This document shows positions 10,279-20,150 of a stretch of 64,000 nt of DNA, piece by piece. The stretch covers positions 96,001 to 160,000 of the forward strand of contig CAWBKP010000020.1 of NCBI GenBank assembly GCA_963789395.1, in the 5' to 3' direction. Positions within the stretch are counted from its first letter, which is position 1, and each line of letters starts with the position of its first letter. A program made the position numbers and the translations under genes. The DNA is from an uncultured delta proteobacterium. Its GTDB lineage: Bacteria > Desulfobacterota > Desulfobacteria > Desulfobacterales > Desulfatirhabdiaceae. Under the pieces are notes generated by a model. That model was not told where the DNA came from. It worked only from the letters and a program-made list of their open reading frames with translations, and ran no database searches.

Positions 10279-11028
10279 ATGAAAGTACTGAGAAAAATAA
10301 TTGAAATCGATGAGGCGCTTTGTGACGGCTGCGGCCAGTGCATCATAGGATGTGCGGAAGGCGCCCTGAAGCTTGTCGACGGCAAGGCGCGCGTTGTCGC
10401 CGACAAATATTGCGACGGCCTGGGCGCCTGTATCGGCGAATGTCCCACAGGCGCCTTGAAGATTATTGAACGCGAAGCCGATGAATTCGACGAGGCGGCG
10501 GTTGAAGCCCTTCTGGGGAAAACGCATGAAAAGGCTTCCGCGCCTGCCGGCGGATGCCCTTCTGCCGGGCTTCAGATGTTTTCCGCCCCATCCGCCTGTG
10601 AAAAAGCCAATCTGCCCGCGGCTCTGGATGCCGGTGACGACTCTTTCCTGTCCCACTGGCCGGTACAGATTCGCCTGGTCCCGTCCAATGCGCCGTTTCT
10701 TCACGGGGCGGATGTCCTGGTTGTGGCTGATTGCGTTCCAGTGGCCTATCCCTCCATTCACAAGGACTTCATGAAGGGCCGGGCCGTTATGATGGGATGC
10801 CCCAAATTCGATGATGCCCAGGGCTATATCGATAAATTCGCCAAAATCTGCTCCCATGCAGGCCTTAAGAGCATCACGGTGCTGAGCATGGAAGTTCCCT
10901 GCTGCTCGGGCCTTCCGATGATCGTAAAAAAAGGCCTTGAGATTTCAGGTGCGGCCATCCCTTTGACCGAGGTCGTGGTCAGCATCAAGGGTAAAATTCT
11001 GGAAATCAAGGAAAGAGAAGCTGCATAA
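10279..11028 (+). CDS. 2x[4Fe-4S] ferredoxin-domain protein with a C-terminal Cys-rich domain
   Basis: CDGCGQCIIGC, CDGLGACIGECP, WPVQIRLV, GCPKFDD, MEVPCCSGL. Confidence 0.85.
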   Translation: MKVLRKIIEIDEALCDGCGQCIIGCAEGALKLVDGKARVVADKYCDGLGACIGECPTGALKIIEREADEFDEAAVEALLGKTHEKASAPAGGCPSAGLQMFSAPSACEKANLPAALDAGDDSFLSHWPVQIRLVPSNAPFLHGADVLVVADCVPVAYPSIHKDFMKGRAVMMGCPKFDDAQGYIDKFAKICSHAGLKSITVLSMEVPCCSGLPMIVKKGLEISGAAIPLTEVVVSIKGKILEIKEREAA

Positions 11029-11119
11029 ACGTTTTCGTTTCAATAAAGGGTTGGTTGTGATATGTGGCACCGATGTCACGCAAATCACGAACCGATAGCC
11101 TGCCCTGCAGGGCCGCGCG

Positions 11120-13903
11120 ATGAAGGAAACGACAACCGGCATCTTTGAAAAGCTGAAGCGGACCCGACCCCTTCTCTCCAGAAACAAAACCGCGCAGTCG
11201 GTTTTGTTTCAGCTCAAATTCGACGTCGATGGTGCATACCTTTGTGTGATCAATGAAAAGGGGGCGCAGATCAGCCCCGGCCATGAATATTTTGCCGGTC
11301 CCACCCGTGAGGTGCTGAAATCCATTGAAAATATCAGAAAACAGAACAGTTTCCGGATAGACTGGAATAAACCCAATGGACAGATTTATCTGAGCGAATA
11401 CGATTATCTGCTCTGGCCCCTGCGACAGTGTGACAATTTCGTGGATGACGGCATGAACCGTCTTCGGTTTTCTGATGAAGAAAGCCGTATCCGGCTGATT
11501 ATCGAGGAAAACCGGAAGGGTATGCTCAACAGCCGGATTGTGCTGTCCCACGGGGGCAAACGCCTGGAACCCGTCCAGCTGTTGAATGAAACCCATGCCT
11601 TTGCCAACGGCGTCATCTACCCGATACGGTCCCTGGGTGAAAACTTCCGGATATTGGCGCTTTTTGAAACTGCGTTGTTGCCGAATAGTCTGGAGGGATA
11701 CCTTTCTCTTCTGTTTTCTTATTTCAGCAATATCTCCGTACGCTACCAGGATTTTGCCGTAACGACCGGTTCGCCCAAACAGACTCAGCCCACACTGATA
11801 ATTGAAAAAATTGATCCGGACAATGCCCTCCATTTGCGGGTTTCCTCGTCTTTGTCCGGATTGGATCCGGATTTTATCGAATCGTATGACGTGACTCGGG
11901 TGGCTGCAATCAACGATCTGGAGAAAAAGATCGTTGTATCCGATGTTCTGCACGCGGAAATCGTGTCTGTTTTTGCTGAAATTGAAAAACTCCTGAAAAA
12001 ACACAAACGGGGTCTGAAAGAAGGCCCCGGCTTTTTCATGGACGATACCCTTTTCATCATCGAAGAATCTCTGGCAAGCGCTTTTATCTATGCGGAACTG
12101 CCGGGGCTGATCGCACGGTTCGCCATCCTGGGGGCTGAAAAACTTAAAACCTATAAGGTTCGGGCCGTCACACCGAAACTGACCCTGTCTCTTTCTCACG
12201 GCATCGATTTTCTGGAAGGGGATGCCAGCCTGGAGATTGAAGGGTTCACGCTGCCCCTTTTCGACGTTCTGCACCAGTACAAACAGAATGCCTACATCAC
12301 CCTGAGTGACGGCACCCATGCCATCGTCAACCAGAATTACATGAACCGGTTGGCCCGCCTTTTCAGAAAACAAAAGGACAAGGTCAAGGTCTCTTTTTTC
12401 GATCTGCCCCTTGTGGAAGAACTGATCGATGAGAAAATTGCGGAAACGGCATTCAAAAAATCCCGGGAGATTTTCCTCGGGTTCAACAAACTGGCCAAGT
12501 CCAGATGCGATATTCCCGAGCTTCGGGCAACCTTGCGGGGCTACCAGAAGCAAGGCTATAAATGGGCCAAATACCTGCATCAGCATGGACTGGGGGGCTG
12601 CCTGGCAGATGATATGGGGCTGGGGAAAACGCTGCAGGCGATTGCGCTTCTATCCGGCATTTATCCCCGTGAAAAAAAGCCGTCGCTGGTGATTGTTCCC
12701 AAAAGCCTGTTGTTCAACTGGGAAAATGAAATTTTAAAATTCAATCCCGAACTCACCTATACGGTCCACCACGGCTCGATTCGGGATCTATCCGCGGCAA
12801 GAGATACGAATTTGATCATCACCACCTATGCCACGGTTCGAAACGATATCAAAGAGTTCCGGGAAGAAGCGTTCTACTATGTCATCCTGGATGAATCCCA
12901 AAACATCAAAAACATGAACTCCCAGATTTCCAAGGCCGTGATGCTCCTGAATGCCGAGCACAGGCTGGCCCTCAGCGGAACCCCCATTGAAAACAACCTG
13001 AACGAACTTTACGCGCTCTTTCGGTTCCTCAATCCGGCCATGTTCGGTTCTCCCGAAGAGTTCACCCGCAACTACGCCATTCCTGTGCAGAGAAACGATG
13101 ACAAGGATGCCCTGCACGAACTGAAGAAAAAAATATATCCGTTTATCCTCAGACGCCTGAAACGGGATGTGCTCAAGGAACTTCCGGAAAAAGTCGAGCA
13201 GACCCTGTTTGTGGATATGAATGATGAGCAGAAAATTTTCTACGAGCTTCGCCGCCGGTTTTATTATGAAACCGTGAAGTCTCAGATCGCCCGCAACGGC
13301 ATAAAAAAAACCCAGTTCTTCATCCTTCAGGCCCTGAGCGAACTGCGCCAGATTGCCAGCATCCCGGAGTCCAAGAGCGAAAACGGCATTATTTCTCCGA
13401 AACGGGAGGTGCTGGTGGAGCAGATACGGGATCTTATCGCCAATAACCACAAAGTCCTGGTGTTCGCCAATTATCTCCATGCGCTGGATTGCATTGCCGA
13501 GGATCTGGAAAAGGATGGGGTGAGCTACCTGCTGATGACCGGAGCCACCCGGGACCGGAAGGTCCTGGTGGATCAGTTTCAGGAGGATGAATCCTGCAAG
13601 GTTTTCCTCATGACCCTTAAAACCGGTGGCATCGGACTCAATCTGACTGCGGCGGATTATATTTTTATCTTCGATCCCTGGTGGAACAAGGCTGCCGAAA
13701 ACCAGGCCATTGACAGAACCCATCGCATCGGACAGGACAAGACCGTCTTTGCGTATAAACTGATCACCCGGGGGACCATCGAGGAGAAAATCCTCAAGCT
13801 CCAGGAACAGAAAAGCGCGCTGTTTGACCGGTTGATCTCAAGTGACGGTGCCTCCATTAAATCGCTGGATGAAACGGATGTGGAGTTCGTCCTGGGAGCC
13901 TGA
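11120..13903 (+). CDS. SNF2/SWI2-family ATPase
   Basis: LRGYQ, LADDMGLGKT, ILDESQNIKN, LSGTPIENN, ILRRLK, GGIGLNLTAAD, DPWWN, QAIDRTHRIGQ. Confidence 0.95.
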   Translation: MKETTTGIFEKLKRTRPLLSRNKTAQSVLFQLKFDVDGAYLCVINEKGAQISPGHEYFAGPTREVLKSIENIRKQNSFRIDWNKPNGQIYLSEYDYLLWPLRQCDNFVDDGMNRLRFSDEESRIRLIIEENRKGMLNSRIVLSHGGKRLEPVQLLNETHAFANGVIYPIRSLGENFRILALFETALLPNSLEGYLSLLFSYFSNISVRYQDFAVTTGSPKQTQPTLIIEKIDPDNALHLRVSSSLSGLDPDFIESYDVTRVAAINDLEKKIVVSDVLHAEIVSVFAEIEKLLKKHKRGLKEGPGFFMDDTLFIIEESLASAFIYAELPGLIARFAILGAEKLKTYKVRAVTPKLTLSLSHGIDFLEGDASLEIEGFTLPLFDVLHQYKQNAYITLSDGTHAIVNQNYMNRLARLFRKQKDKVKVSFFDLPLVEELIDEKIAETAFKKSREIFLGFNKLAKSRCDIPELRATLRGYQKQGYKWAKYLHQHGLGGCLADDMGLGKTLQAIALLSGIYPREKKPSLVIVPKSLLFNWENEILKFNPELTYTVHHGSIRDLSAARDTNLIITTYATVRNDIKEFREEAFYYVILDESQNIKNMNSQISKAVMLLNAEHRLALSGTPIENNLNELYALFRFLNPAMFGSPEEFTRNYAIPVQRNDDKDALHELKKKIYPFILRRLKRDVLKELPEKVEQTLFVDMNDEQKIFYELRRRFYYETVKSQIARNGIKKTQFFILQALSELRQIASIPESKSENGIISPKREVLVEQIRDLIANNHKVLVFANYLHALDCIAEDLEKDGVSYLLMTGATRDRKVLVDQFQEDESCKVFLMTLKTGGIGLNLTAADYIFIFDPWWNKAAENQAIDRTHRIGQDKTVFAYKLITRGTIEEKILKLQEQKSALFDRLISSDGASIKSLDETDVEFVLGA

Positions 13904-13905
13904 AT

Positions 13906-14697
13906 ATGAGATCGATCACGCAGCAGAGAAACCTTTCAAGCCTGCAGGCGCATATCGCGGTTTTCGATCATGCCGGCAACTGGGATGATACCGGCCGTCG
14001 CTGCACCGCGTGTTCAAAAAATATTCAGGAATTCTCCTGTGAAACGCCCGACGGCAGGGTATGCATTCATTGCGCGCAGGCTGTTTATCGCAATTTTGCG
14101 GAAAATCAGGAGATCGCCGCCTGGCAATATTCCCGTTTTATTCGCTCGCTGTCCGGAGACGAATCGCTGCGATGGCGACTGACAACGCTGAGCCGGTATG
14201 CGGAAGCCGTTCATCTTGCCGAAAAGCAGAAATCATCCGATGTCACCGCCATGCATCGGCTTCTGGTGTTAAATCTTGGCTGCCAGATAGAGCACCCGCT
14301 GAATCTATTGGTTCGACAGCTTGCGCTTAATGCCGCCGTGCAGGTTGGAAAATCCATGCTGCCGTTACTTCTGGAACATGGGGAGACCCTGCATCCCTGG
14401 CAGTTTTATTATAATATTGTCCTTTGTGCCGGCATCATCGGGCCGGATGACAAAAGCGTCCAAAAATTACTTGAAGACGCCGTCAAACATCCGCTTCCCG
14501 AGGTGCGCGAAAAAATCATTCGTATCGTTTCCAGCCAGAAATCTTTATGGGCACGGAATCTTCTCAAACAGGTGGTAAAGGAATGCCGACCTGACAGGAA
14601 TGGCAAAATTCAACGCAACCGCCAATATCCTGTCACCTCCGGAGCAGCAACGTATTTTCGCGACAGAGCAAAGCACGGCAACCCCCATTCCCGATGA
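13906..14697 (+). CDS. Hypothetical protein with CxxC...CxxC and HEAT-like repeats; probably the 5' part of a frameshifted gene continuing into 14600..16531
   Basis: CTAC...CIHC; HPLPEVREKII; overlaps the next ORF by 98 nt in the +1 frame, and the two frames join near 14578-14582. Confidence 0.6.
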   Translation: MRSITQQRNLSSLQAHIAVFDHAGNWDDTGRRCTACSKNIQEFSCETPDGRVCIHCAQAVYRNFAENQEIAAWQYSRFIRSLSGDESLRWRLTTLSRYAEAVHLAEKQKSSDVTAMHRLLVLNLGCQIEHPLNLLVRQLALNAAVQVGKSMLPLLLEHGETLHPWQFYYNIVLCAGIIGPDDKSVQKLLEDAVKHPLPEVREKIIRIVSSQKSLWARNLLKQVVKECRPDRNGKIQRNRQYPVTSGAATYFRDRAKHGNPHSR

Positions 14698-16531
14698 ACT
14701 GTCTTTCCTGGAAACCGCCATCATTGACTGCTATCCGATAGATAGGCTCAAGGCCGTTTATAGCCGATATCTCAATCCCGTGTTTCAGGAAACCGATTTT
14801 CAGGACATGGGCCAGGTTGCCGTCGGCAAACTGAAAAAGCGGCAGCTGGTGTGGGCGCTTGCCCAGGTGTTTTCCCAACAATATCTGTTTGAAAAATTAA
14901 TGTTGCTCCTTCCGCAAGGCGTTATTCAGGTATTGAACCGCTTGACATGGGAAAAGGGTGGGCATCTGGCCCAGTCCTTTACCGACCCGCTCGACCCGCC
15001 GATTCTCGTTCCGTCCAAAGAAACATGGCATGGCAGAACCAGAACCATAGAGACGTTCAACCCCTGCTATTCGATTATTCCGATTCAGAAGAATTACAGC
15101 TATCGATCTTTCGCCTCTTACGATTCCTATACCACCATCTTGTACCTGCCCGATCCCGTTCGGGACCTGTTAAAAAAATACCTGCCCCCTCCCGAGGGAT
15201 ACTACCTGAAAGGGCTGGAGACCATTGAAAAAACCGATTTCATCTATGAAGACGGGAGCCGGATACTCCGCCAACTCCATCTGATCTGCGCCTATATCGC
15301 GCAGGGGGCCCTGAAGTTTTCAAAAAACAGTGCGAGAATATTGAAAACATCCGCCAAGGAAGTGTCTGCGTATTGCCATATCCGTGAATTTTATACCGGC
15401 GGGAAAGCCGATCTGGAGCACCTGAACACCGGATTGCTTATCGATTTTCTTCAGCATTATCCCATCCGGGAAACACAGGACGCGCCGGAATTTCTGAAGC
15501 AGGTTTTTGATGACTTTTTTATGAAGGTTGCCCCGCATGGCGGCTACCGCCTGGACCGGTTGCTATTCCACCTCAAAGGAATTTCTTATATACAAAATGG
15601 GTATTATGAGCAAACCCTTCGAAAGAGCGAGCAGGGGGTTCGAACCTCCCTCCGTAGCCTGCTGAGAGCGTTGCAGCCGGGGCTGTGGTATTCCGTTTCC
15701 AAACTGCTCGACTATTGTCATTACCGGGATGTGGATCTGGACATAGTGGACAGATCCGTTGCCGCCAGATATTTGTCGGTTGACATCCGATATGAGGATG
15801 GAAATCGATTTGGTACATATCGGACTGCGGAAATCTCTGCGGCGATGTATCAGGAAGCGCTTCTTGCGCCGTTTTTCAAAGGCTTCCTGTTTCTGATGGC
15901 GGCCTTCGGGCTTGTGGATATCGCGTACAATTATCCCAAAAACGAGCGCATTCAGAAAAAAGAAATGGAGTATCTCTCAGCTTTTGACGGCCTTCAATAT
16001 ATCCGCCTGACACCCCTGGGGGCCTATATTGCGGGTCTGACAAAAGACTATGCCTTCAAGGCTGAGATGGAGAGCGCCAATATCGTGCTGGACGATAAGC
16101 GGCTGTTGATCAATCTGGATGGAAAGGATCGGCTGAAGGCCATTTTGCTGGAGCGGTTCGCAGATAAAATCAGCGAAAACTGCTATAAGGTGACCAGTGG
16201 CTCGTTTTTAAAATCCTGCGTTACCCTGAAGGACATCGAAGGCAGGATAAAGTTGTTCAAAAAACAGGTATCGGCAAAACCGCCCCGAATCTGGGAGGAT
16301 TTTCTGAATGACATTCTGGAAAAGATTGATCCGCTTATCCCCGAGCCTGACCTGTTGGTTTTCCGGCTGAAAGAGCATCCGGAACTGATTGAATTAATGG
16401 CCAGAGACGAAATCATGCAGAAATTGATTTTGAAAGCCGAAGGGTATCATGTTCTCATCCCATCCAAAAACCTGTATAAGGTCAAAAAACGGCTCGAGAC
16501 TTTCGGGTATTTTATCCATCAGCTCAGGTGA
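14600..16531 (+). CDS. Hypothetical protein with a C-terminal XPB-N/Helicase_C_3-like region
   Basis: FGLVDIA...IRLTPLGAY...LERFA...YKVTSGSF...PPRIWEDFL resembles bacterial helicase-associated domain proteins (by eye). Confidence 0.6.
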   Translation: MAKFNATANILSPPEQQRIFATEQSTATPIPDELSFLETAIIDCYPIDRLKAVYSRYLNPVFQETDFQDMGQVAVGKLKKRQLVWALAQVFSQQYLFEKLMLLLPQGVIQVLNRLTWEKGGHLAQSFTDPLDPPILVPSKETWHGRTRTIETFNPCYSIIPIQKNYSYRSFASYDSYTTILYLPDPVRDLLKKYLPPPEGYYLKGLETIEKTDFIYEDGSRILRQLHLICAYIAQGALKFSKNSARILKTSAKEVSAYCHIREFYTGGKADLEHLNTGLLIDFLQHYPIRETQDAPEFLKQVFDDFFMKVAPHGGYRLDRLLFHLKGISYIQNGYYEQTLRKSEQGVRTSLRSLLRALQPGLWYSVSKLLDYCHYRDVDLDIVDRSVAARYLSVDIRYEDGNRFGTYRTAEISAAMYQEALLAPFFKGFLFLMAAFGLVDIAYNYPKNERIQKKEMEYLSAFDGLQYIRLTPLGAYIAGLTKDYAFKAEMESANIVLDDKRLLINLDGKDRLKAILLERFADKISENCYKVTSGSFLKSCVTLKDIEGRIKLFKKQVSAKPPRIWEDFLNDILEKIDPLIPEPDLLVFRLKEHPELIELMARDEIMQKLILKAEGYHVLIPSKNLYKVKKRLETFGYFIHQLR

Positions 16532-16624
16532 AGACAAACATATTGCCTGAATACAGAAATCCACGCACTTTTTTACGGGAAACTGTCAGAAAGCGTGCCG
16601 AATGAATTATTCAGCGGTCAATAA

Positions 16625-16662
16625 ACTGACAGCATGTTTTCCGCAAAACAGATGCTGTCAGT
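16625..16662. terminator. Long hairpin between convergent genes, likely a bidirectional terminator
   Basis: ACTGACAGCAT-GTTTT-ccgc-AAAAC-ag-ATGCTGTCAGT. Confidence 0.65.
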
Positions 16663-16690
16663 ATTTTGAATTCCTGCGTTACGGAAGCCT

Positions 16691-16906
16691 TCATGCGTCT
16701 GCTTCTCTGGGTTCAAAAATATCCAGAATCTCCTCGGCAATATAAGCTTTCATCTCTTCGTCGCCCGTAAAAACCGCTTTTCGAACGCCGTTGCTGAAGT
16801 CAATTTCCACATCGCAGTTGTATTTGTGAGATGCGGCCTTCACAATTCTGGCCATGATCTCCAGATTGGCATCTTCGATCTGAATCGGAACCATGTTCAA
16901 ATTCAT
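16691..16906 (-). CDS. Small hypothetical protein (71 aa)
   Basis: AAGGAGG RBS, plausible composition, sigma54-type promoter upstream. Confidence 0.7.
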   Translation of the reverse strand: MNLNMVPIQIEDANLEIMARIVKAASHKYNCDVEIDFSNGVRKAVFTGDEEMKAYIAEEILDIFEPREADA

Positions 16907-16998
16907 ATTTCCTCCTTTTGATTATTAAAACATTGTAAGCCGTGTATAGGTCAGGAACAAAAGCCGGATAAGCGTTTTTTCACTTTGAACATAATATA

Positions 16999-17014
16999 AG
17001 CATAATTCATGCCA
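16999..17014 (-). promoter_or_regulatory. sigma54 -24/-12 promoter for the 71-aa gene
   Basis: Minus strand TGGCATGAATTATGCT (GG-N10-GC). Confidence 0.65.
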
Positions 17015-17233
17015 TAATTCATTGGGTGATCTTCTCCCATAACAAAACGCAGCATGCTTGCGCTGTTTCAAATTCTCATTCAATCATACGCATTGCGTTT
17101 TTAATGACACTCCCGTGTCAATGGCGTTCTTTTAATTGACTATATCAGAGAAATTCGGCAAGCTTCATTGATGAACGAAGGAAAATGCCGCATGAGAAAT
17201 CATTGGCTTTTGTCTGATTCAAGGGAGTCGCTG

Positions 17234-17896
17234 ATGCCGGAGGTGAGTATCAAGATCACAAAAGAAGACGCAAAACCGGAATATAAGGACCGCGTCATCT
17301 GCCCATGGGTGGATACCGGCAAACCGGATTACATCGACTATCATGATCATGAATGGGGGGTTCCCGTTCATGACGACCATCGATTATTCGAATTTCTCAC
17401 CCTGGAAGCTGCTCAAGCCGGACTGAGCTGGTATACCGTGCTGAGAAAACGGGAAAATTACCGCCTCGCCTTTGACCGCTTCGATCCTGAAAAAGTTGCC
17501 GGGTATGATGAGCATAAGGTGCGGGCGCTTCTTGAAAATTCCGGAATCATCCGCAACCGGGCCAAAATTCTGGCGGCAATCAACAATGCGCAGAAATTTC
17601 TGGAGATTCAGAAAGAATTTGGCAGTTTTGACGCATATGTCTGGCGGTTTGTGAACGGCAAGCCGATCGTGAATGAACTCAGGCAACTGGGGGATTACCC
17701 TGCGACAAGCCCGGAGTCGGATGCCCTGAGCAAGGATCTGCGGCAAAGAGGCTTTAAATTCATGGGGTCCAAGATTTGCTATGCCCACATGCAGGCCACC
17801 GGCATGGTGAACGATCATACGTTGGATTGTTTTCGAAGGCGGGAAATCATGGCGGGATATGCTGCAAAATCATCTATGAGAGGGAATCGCCGGTGA
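17234..17896 (+). CDS. tag: DNA-3-methyladenine glycosylase I
   Basis: CPW...YHDHEWGVP, LEAAQAGLSW, IIRNRAKI, GFKFMG, MQATGMVNDH. Confidence 0.95.
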   Translation: MPEVSIKITKEDAKPEYKDRVICPWVDTGKPDYIDYHDHEWGVPVHDDHRLFEFLTLEAAQAGLSWYTVLRKRENYRLAFDRFDPEKVAGYDEHKVRALLENSGIIRNRAKILAAINNAQKFLEIQKEFGSFDAYVWRFVNGKPIVNELRQLGDYPATSPESDALSKDLRQRGFKFMGSKICYAHMQATGMVNDHTLDCFRRREIMAGYAAKSSMRGNRR

Positions 17897-17947
17897 AACG
17901 AATTGAAACAGCCATTCCCATATTTTTTTGTTTGGGGAAGATGAATC

Positions 17948-19519
17948 ATGATGCCTGCTGATGTGTCCCAGTTTAACTGGTCCGATTTTTTAGATCGACA
18001 TCGGGAGGCCATCCTCGAACAGTGGGTTCAGCGACTGCAAACGCAGATCAGTGAAAGATATTCGCGGCGGCCGGCTGCAGAACTCATGCAGACCGTCTGC
18101 GCGGCCTTTGACGGCAATTGCCGTGTACTGATCCATGGCGATTACCAGGAACTTGATCGATTTATCACGGAAATCTCCCGCATGCGCCTTGAGGGCGGAT
18201 TCCCCCTGGTGGACGTTCAAAAGGCATTTGATCTGTTCCGGCAGATTGTGCTGCCGCTTCTGGCAGGGTCCTGCAGCCTTGAGACCTTTCACCGGGCCAT
18301 CGTAGAACTCAATGGATGTCTGTCCTATACGGTTTACCAGTTCAGCGATTATTTTCAGAACCTTCATAGAAGGCGCCTCATTGATTATGCCAGAAAACTG
18401 AAGGCCGAGGTCTCGTTTAAAACAGCCGAACTCCGAAAATCCGAACTCAAATACAAGACCCTTGTGGAAGACATCACCGACGGGGTGGTCGTCATAAACA
18501 ACGGAGAGATCGTTTTCACAAATCAGGCTTTCAGCGCCATGCACGGATATGGCGGCAGCGATCTGATGGGGAAGCCTTTTCTGGAACTGGCTGCTGCCTG
18601 TGACCAGGCAGCGGTTTCGGACAGGCTGTGCCTGGCCCCTTCAGATGGTGCGGGTTCTCCGGCCCTGGAGTATTTCAGGATTACCCGGTCCGGGGATAGA
18701 TACCCCACCGAGATCAGGTTCAAGCGCATCCATTATGCGGCGATGTGGTCACAGATCGGAATTTGTCGGGATATCACCGAACGGATCGAACTGGAGAAAA
18801 AGATGCGTGAAGCCGAGCGCCTGGCTGATATTGCCCAGATTGCCACCTCGCTTTCTCATGAAATCCGAAATCCGCTATCAGCCATCAAAATGAATCTTCA
18901 GATTCTTCAGCGCCATCCCGAACTTGCCGGAAATGACCGCAGACGGGTGGATATTGCGGTGCATGAAATGCACCGGCTTGAAGGTGTTTTACAGGAAGTG
19001 CTCGATTTTGCAAAACCGGTGACGTTGCAAAAAACATCCTGCAGCCTCAACCCGATCCTCATGCAGGCTATCGATCTACTGGAGGTGAAGTTTGCAGAAA
19101 AGCGCCTGGGAATTCATCTGGAGCTCTGCGAACTTCCCGAAATATCGATGGATGGGCAAAAGATCGAGCAGGTCGCACTGAACCTGCTCCTGAATGCCGT
19201 TGAGGCAGCACCAGATGGAACGGCAATCCGGATCAGCAGCAGCCGATGGACTCCCGATAACAAGACCCCGGAAGTGTTCTTTGCCGTGGCGGACGAAGGT
19301 GAAACCGTACCGCAGGCGCTTTGCGAAACCATATTTTCCCCATTTTATACGACCAAGAGCCGGGGGTCCGGCTTGGGGCTGAGTGTGGTGCGCCGTCTGG
19401 TGGATGCCCATGGCGGCCGCGTTTCGGTCAACCCCCGCGAACCAAGAGGAACCGTCTTTACAGTCACCCTGCCCGAAGGAGGCCATGGGAACGGCTTCAG
19501 GACAATCCTGATGCCTTGA
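17948..19519 (+). CDS. Soluble sensor histidine kinase (RsbRD_N-like + PAS + HisKA + HATPase)
   Basis: SHEIRNPL H-box, NLLLNAVEA N-box, FSPFYTTK..GSGLGL; no transmembrane segment evident. Confidence 0.9.
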   Translation: MMPADVSQFNWSDFLDRHREAILEQWVQRLQTQISERYSRRPAAELMQTVCAAFDGNCRVLIHGDYQELDRFITEISRMRLEGGFPLVDVQKAFDLFRQIVLPLLAGSCSLETFHRAIVELNGCLSYTVYQFSDYFQNLHRRRLIDYARKLKAEVSFKTAELRKSELKYKTLVEDITDGVVVINNGEIVFTNQAFSAMHGYGGSDLMGKPFLELAAACDQAAVSDRLCLAPSDGAGSPALEYFRITRSGDRYPTEIRFKRIHYAAMWSQIGICRDITERIELEKKMREAERLADIAQIATSLSHEIRNPLSAIKMNLQILQRHPELAGNDRRRVDIAVHEMHRLEGVLQEVLDFAKPVTLQKTSCSLNPILMQAIDLLEVKFAEKRLGIHLELCELPEISMDGQKIEQVALNLLLNAVEAAPDGTAIRISSSRWTPDNKTPEVFFAVADEGETVPQALCETIFSPFYTTKSRGSGLGLSVVRRLVDAHGGRVSVNPREPRGTVFTVTLPEGGHGNGFRTILMP

Positions 19520-19736
19520 AGCATGACTGCTGGCAAACCGCACCCAATCAGCCCGGATCGGCCAGATACCTTGAATGACGTGTTCAAGGTTCAACACACC
19601 CTGCAAAATATTTTTCACCTGCCTGAAAATTTTCTTTCTATCACAGTGCCGCAATTTCTTTTCTGAATATTCTCCGCCACGTTAATATCCTTATAAATCC
19701 TACCCATAAATATTTATCTGAATAAAATTCATTTAC

Positions 19737-19752
19737 TGGCACAGCTTTTGCT
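19737..19752 (+). promoter_or_regulatory. sigma54 promoter for the symporter operon
   Basis: TGGCACAGCTTTTGCT, near consensus. Confidence 0.8.
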
Positions 19753-19862
19753 CTATGCTCTGTCGTTGCAGAAATCGCGGAATGATCCAGGTGTATTCAC
19801 GCTGAACCTCAAATCCTTGACGCAGAGTCGCCCCAAACCCTATCAAAGAGAAAGGAATGTGA

Positions 19863-20150
19863 ATGATGAAGGAACCAACAGGCAACATACAGCAAACGGT
19901 GTTCATGGTTATTTTTTGGGTCTTAGCCATACTGACCTGGTGTCCAATCGGCTATGGCAGCTATGGAACGGTTTCCAGATATTTCGGTATGCCTTCCTGG
20001 GCGGCAATTGCCCTCCTGATCGGGGCCGTGCTGTTTATTCTGGAATGGATTTATTTGTTTCACACCGACCTTGCGCTGACAGATGAAAAACTGGCGACAA
20101 TTTTGAAGGCGCTGGAAAACCACGATGCCACAAAGGAGATAAGATCATGA
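19863..20150 (+). CDS. Small two-TM membrane protein, symporter accessory-type
   Basis: Two hydrophobic segments with a FGMPSW linker; ATGA overlap with the symporter gene. Confidence 0.7.
   Translation: MMKEPTGNIQQTVFMVIFWVLAILTWCPIGYGSYGTVSRYFGMPSWAAIALLIGAVLFILEWIYLFHTDLALTDEKLATILKALENHDATKEIRS

Noticed and set aside
11049..11100. Imperfect inverted repeat between the Fe-S gene and SNF2
   Set aside because: Many mismatches and no U-tract; I cannot distinguish it from chance.
11006..13723. Long minus-strand ORFs (526 and 311 aa)
   Set aside because: They are antisense shadows of the SNF2 gene.
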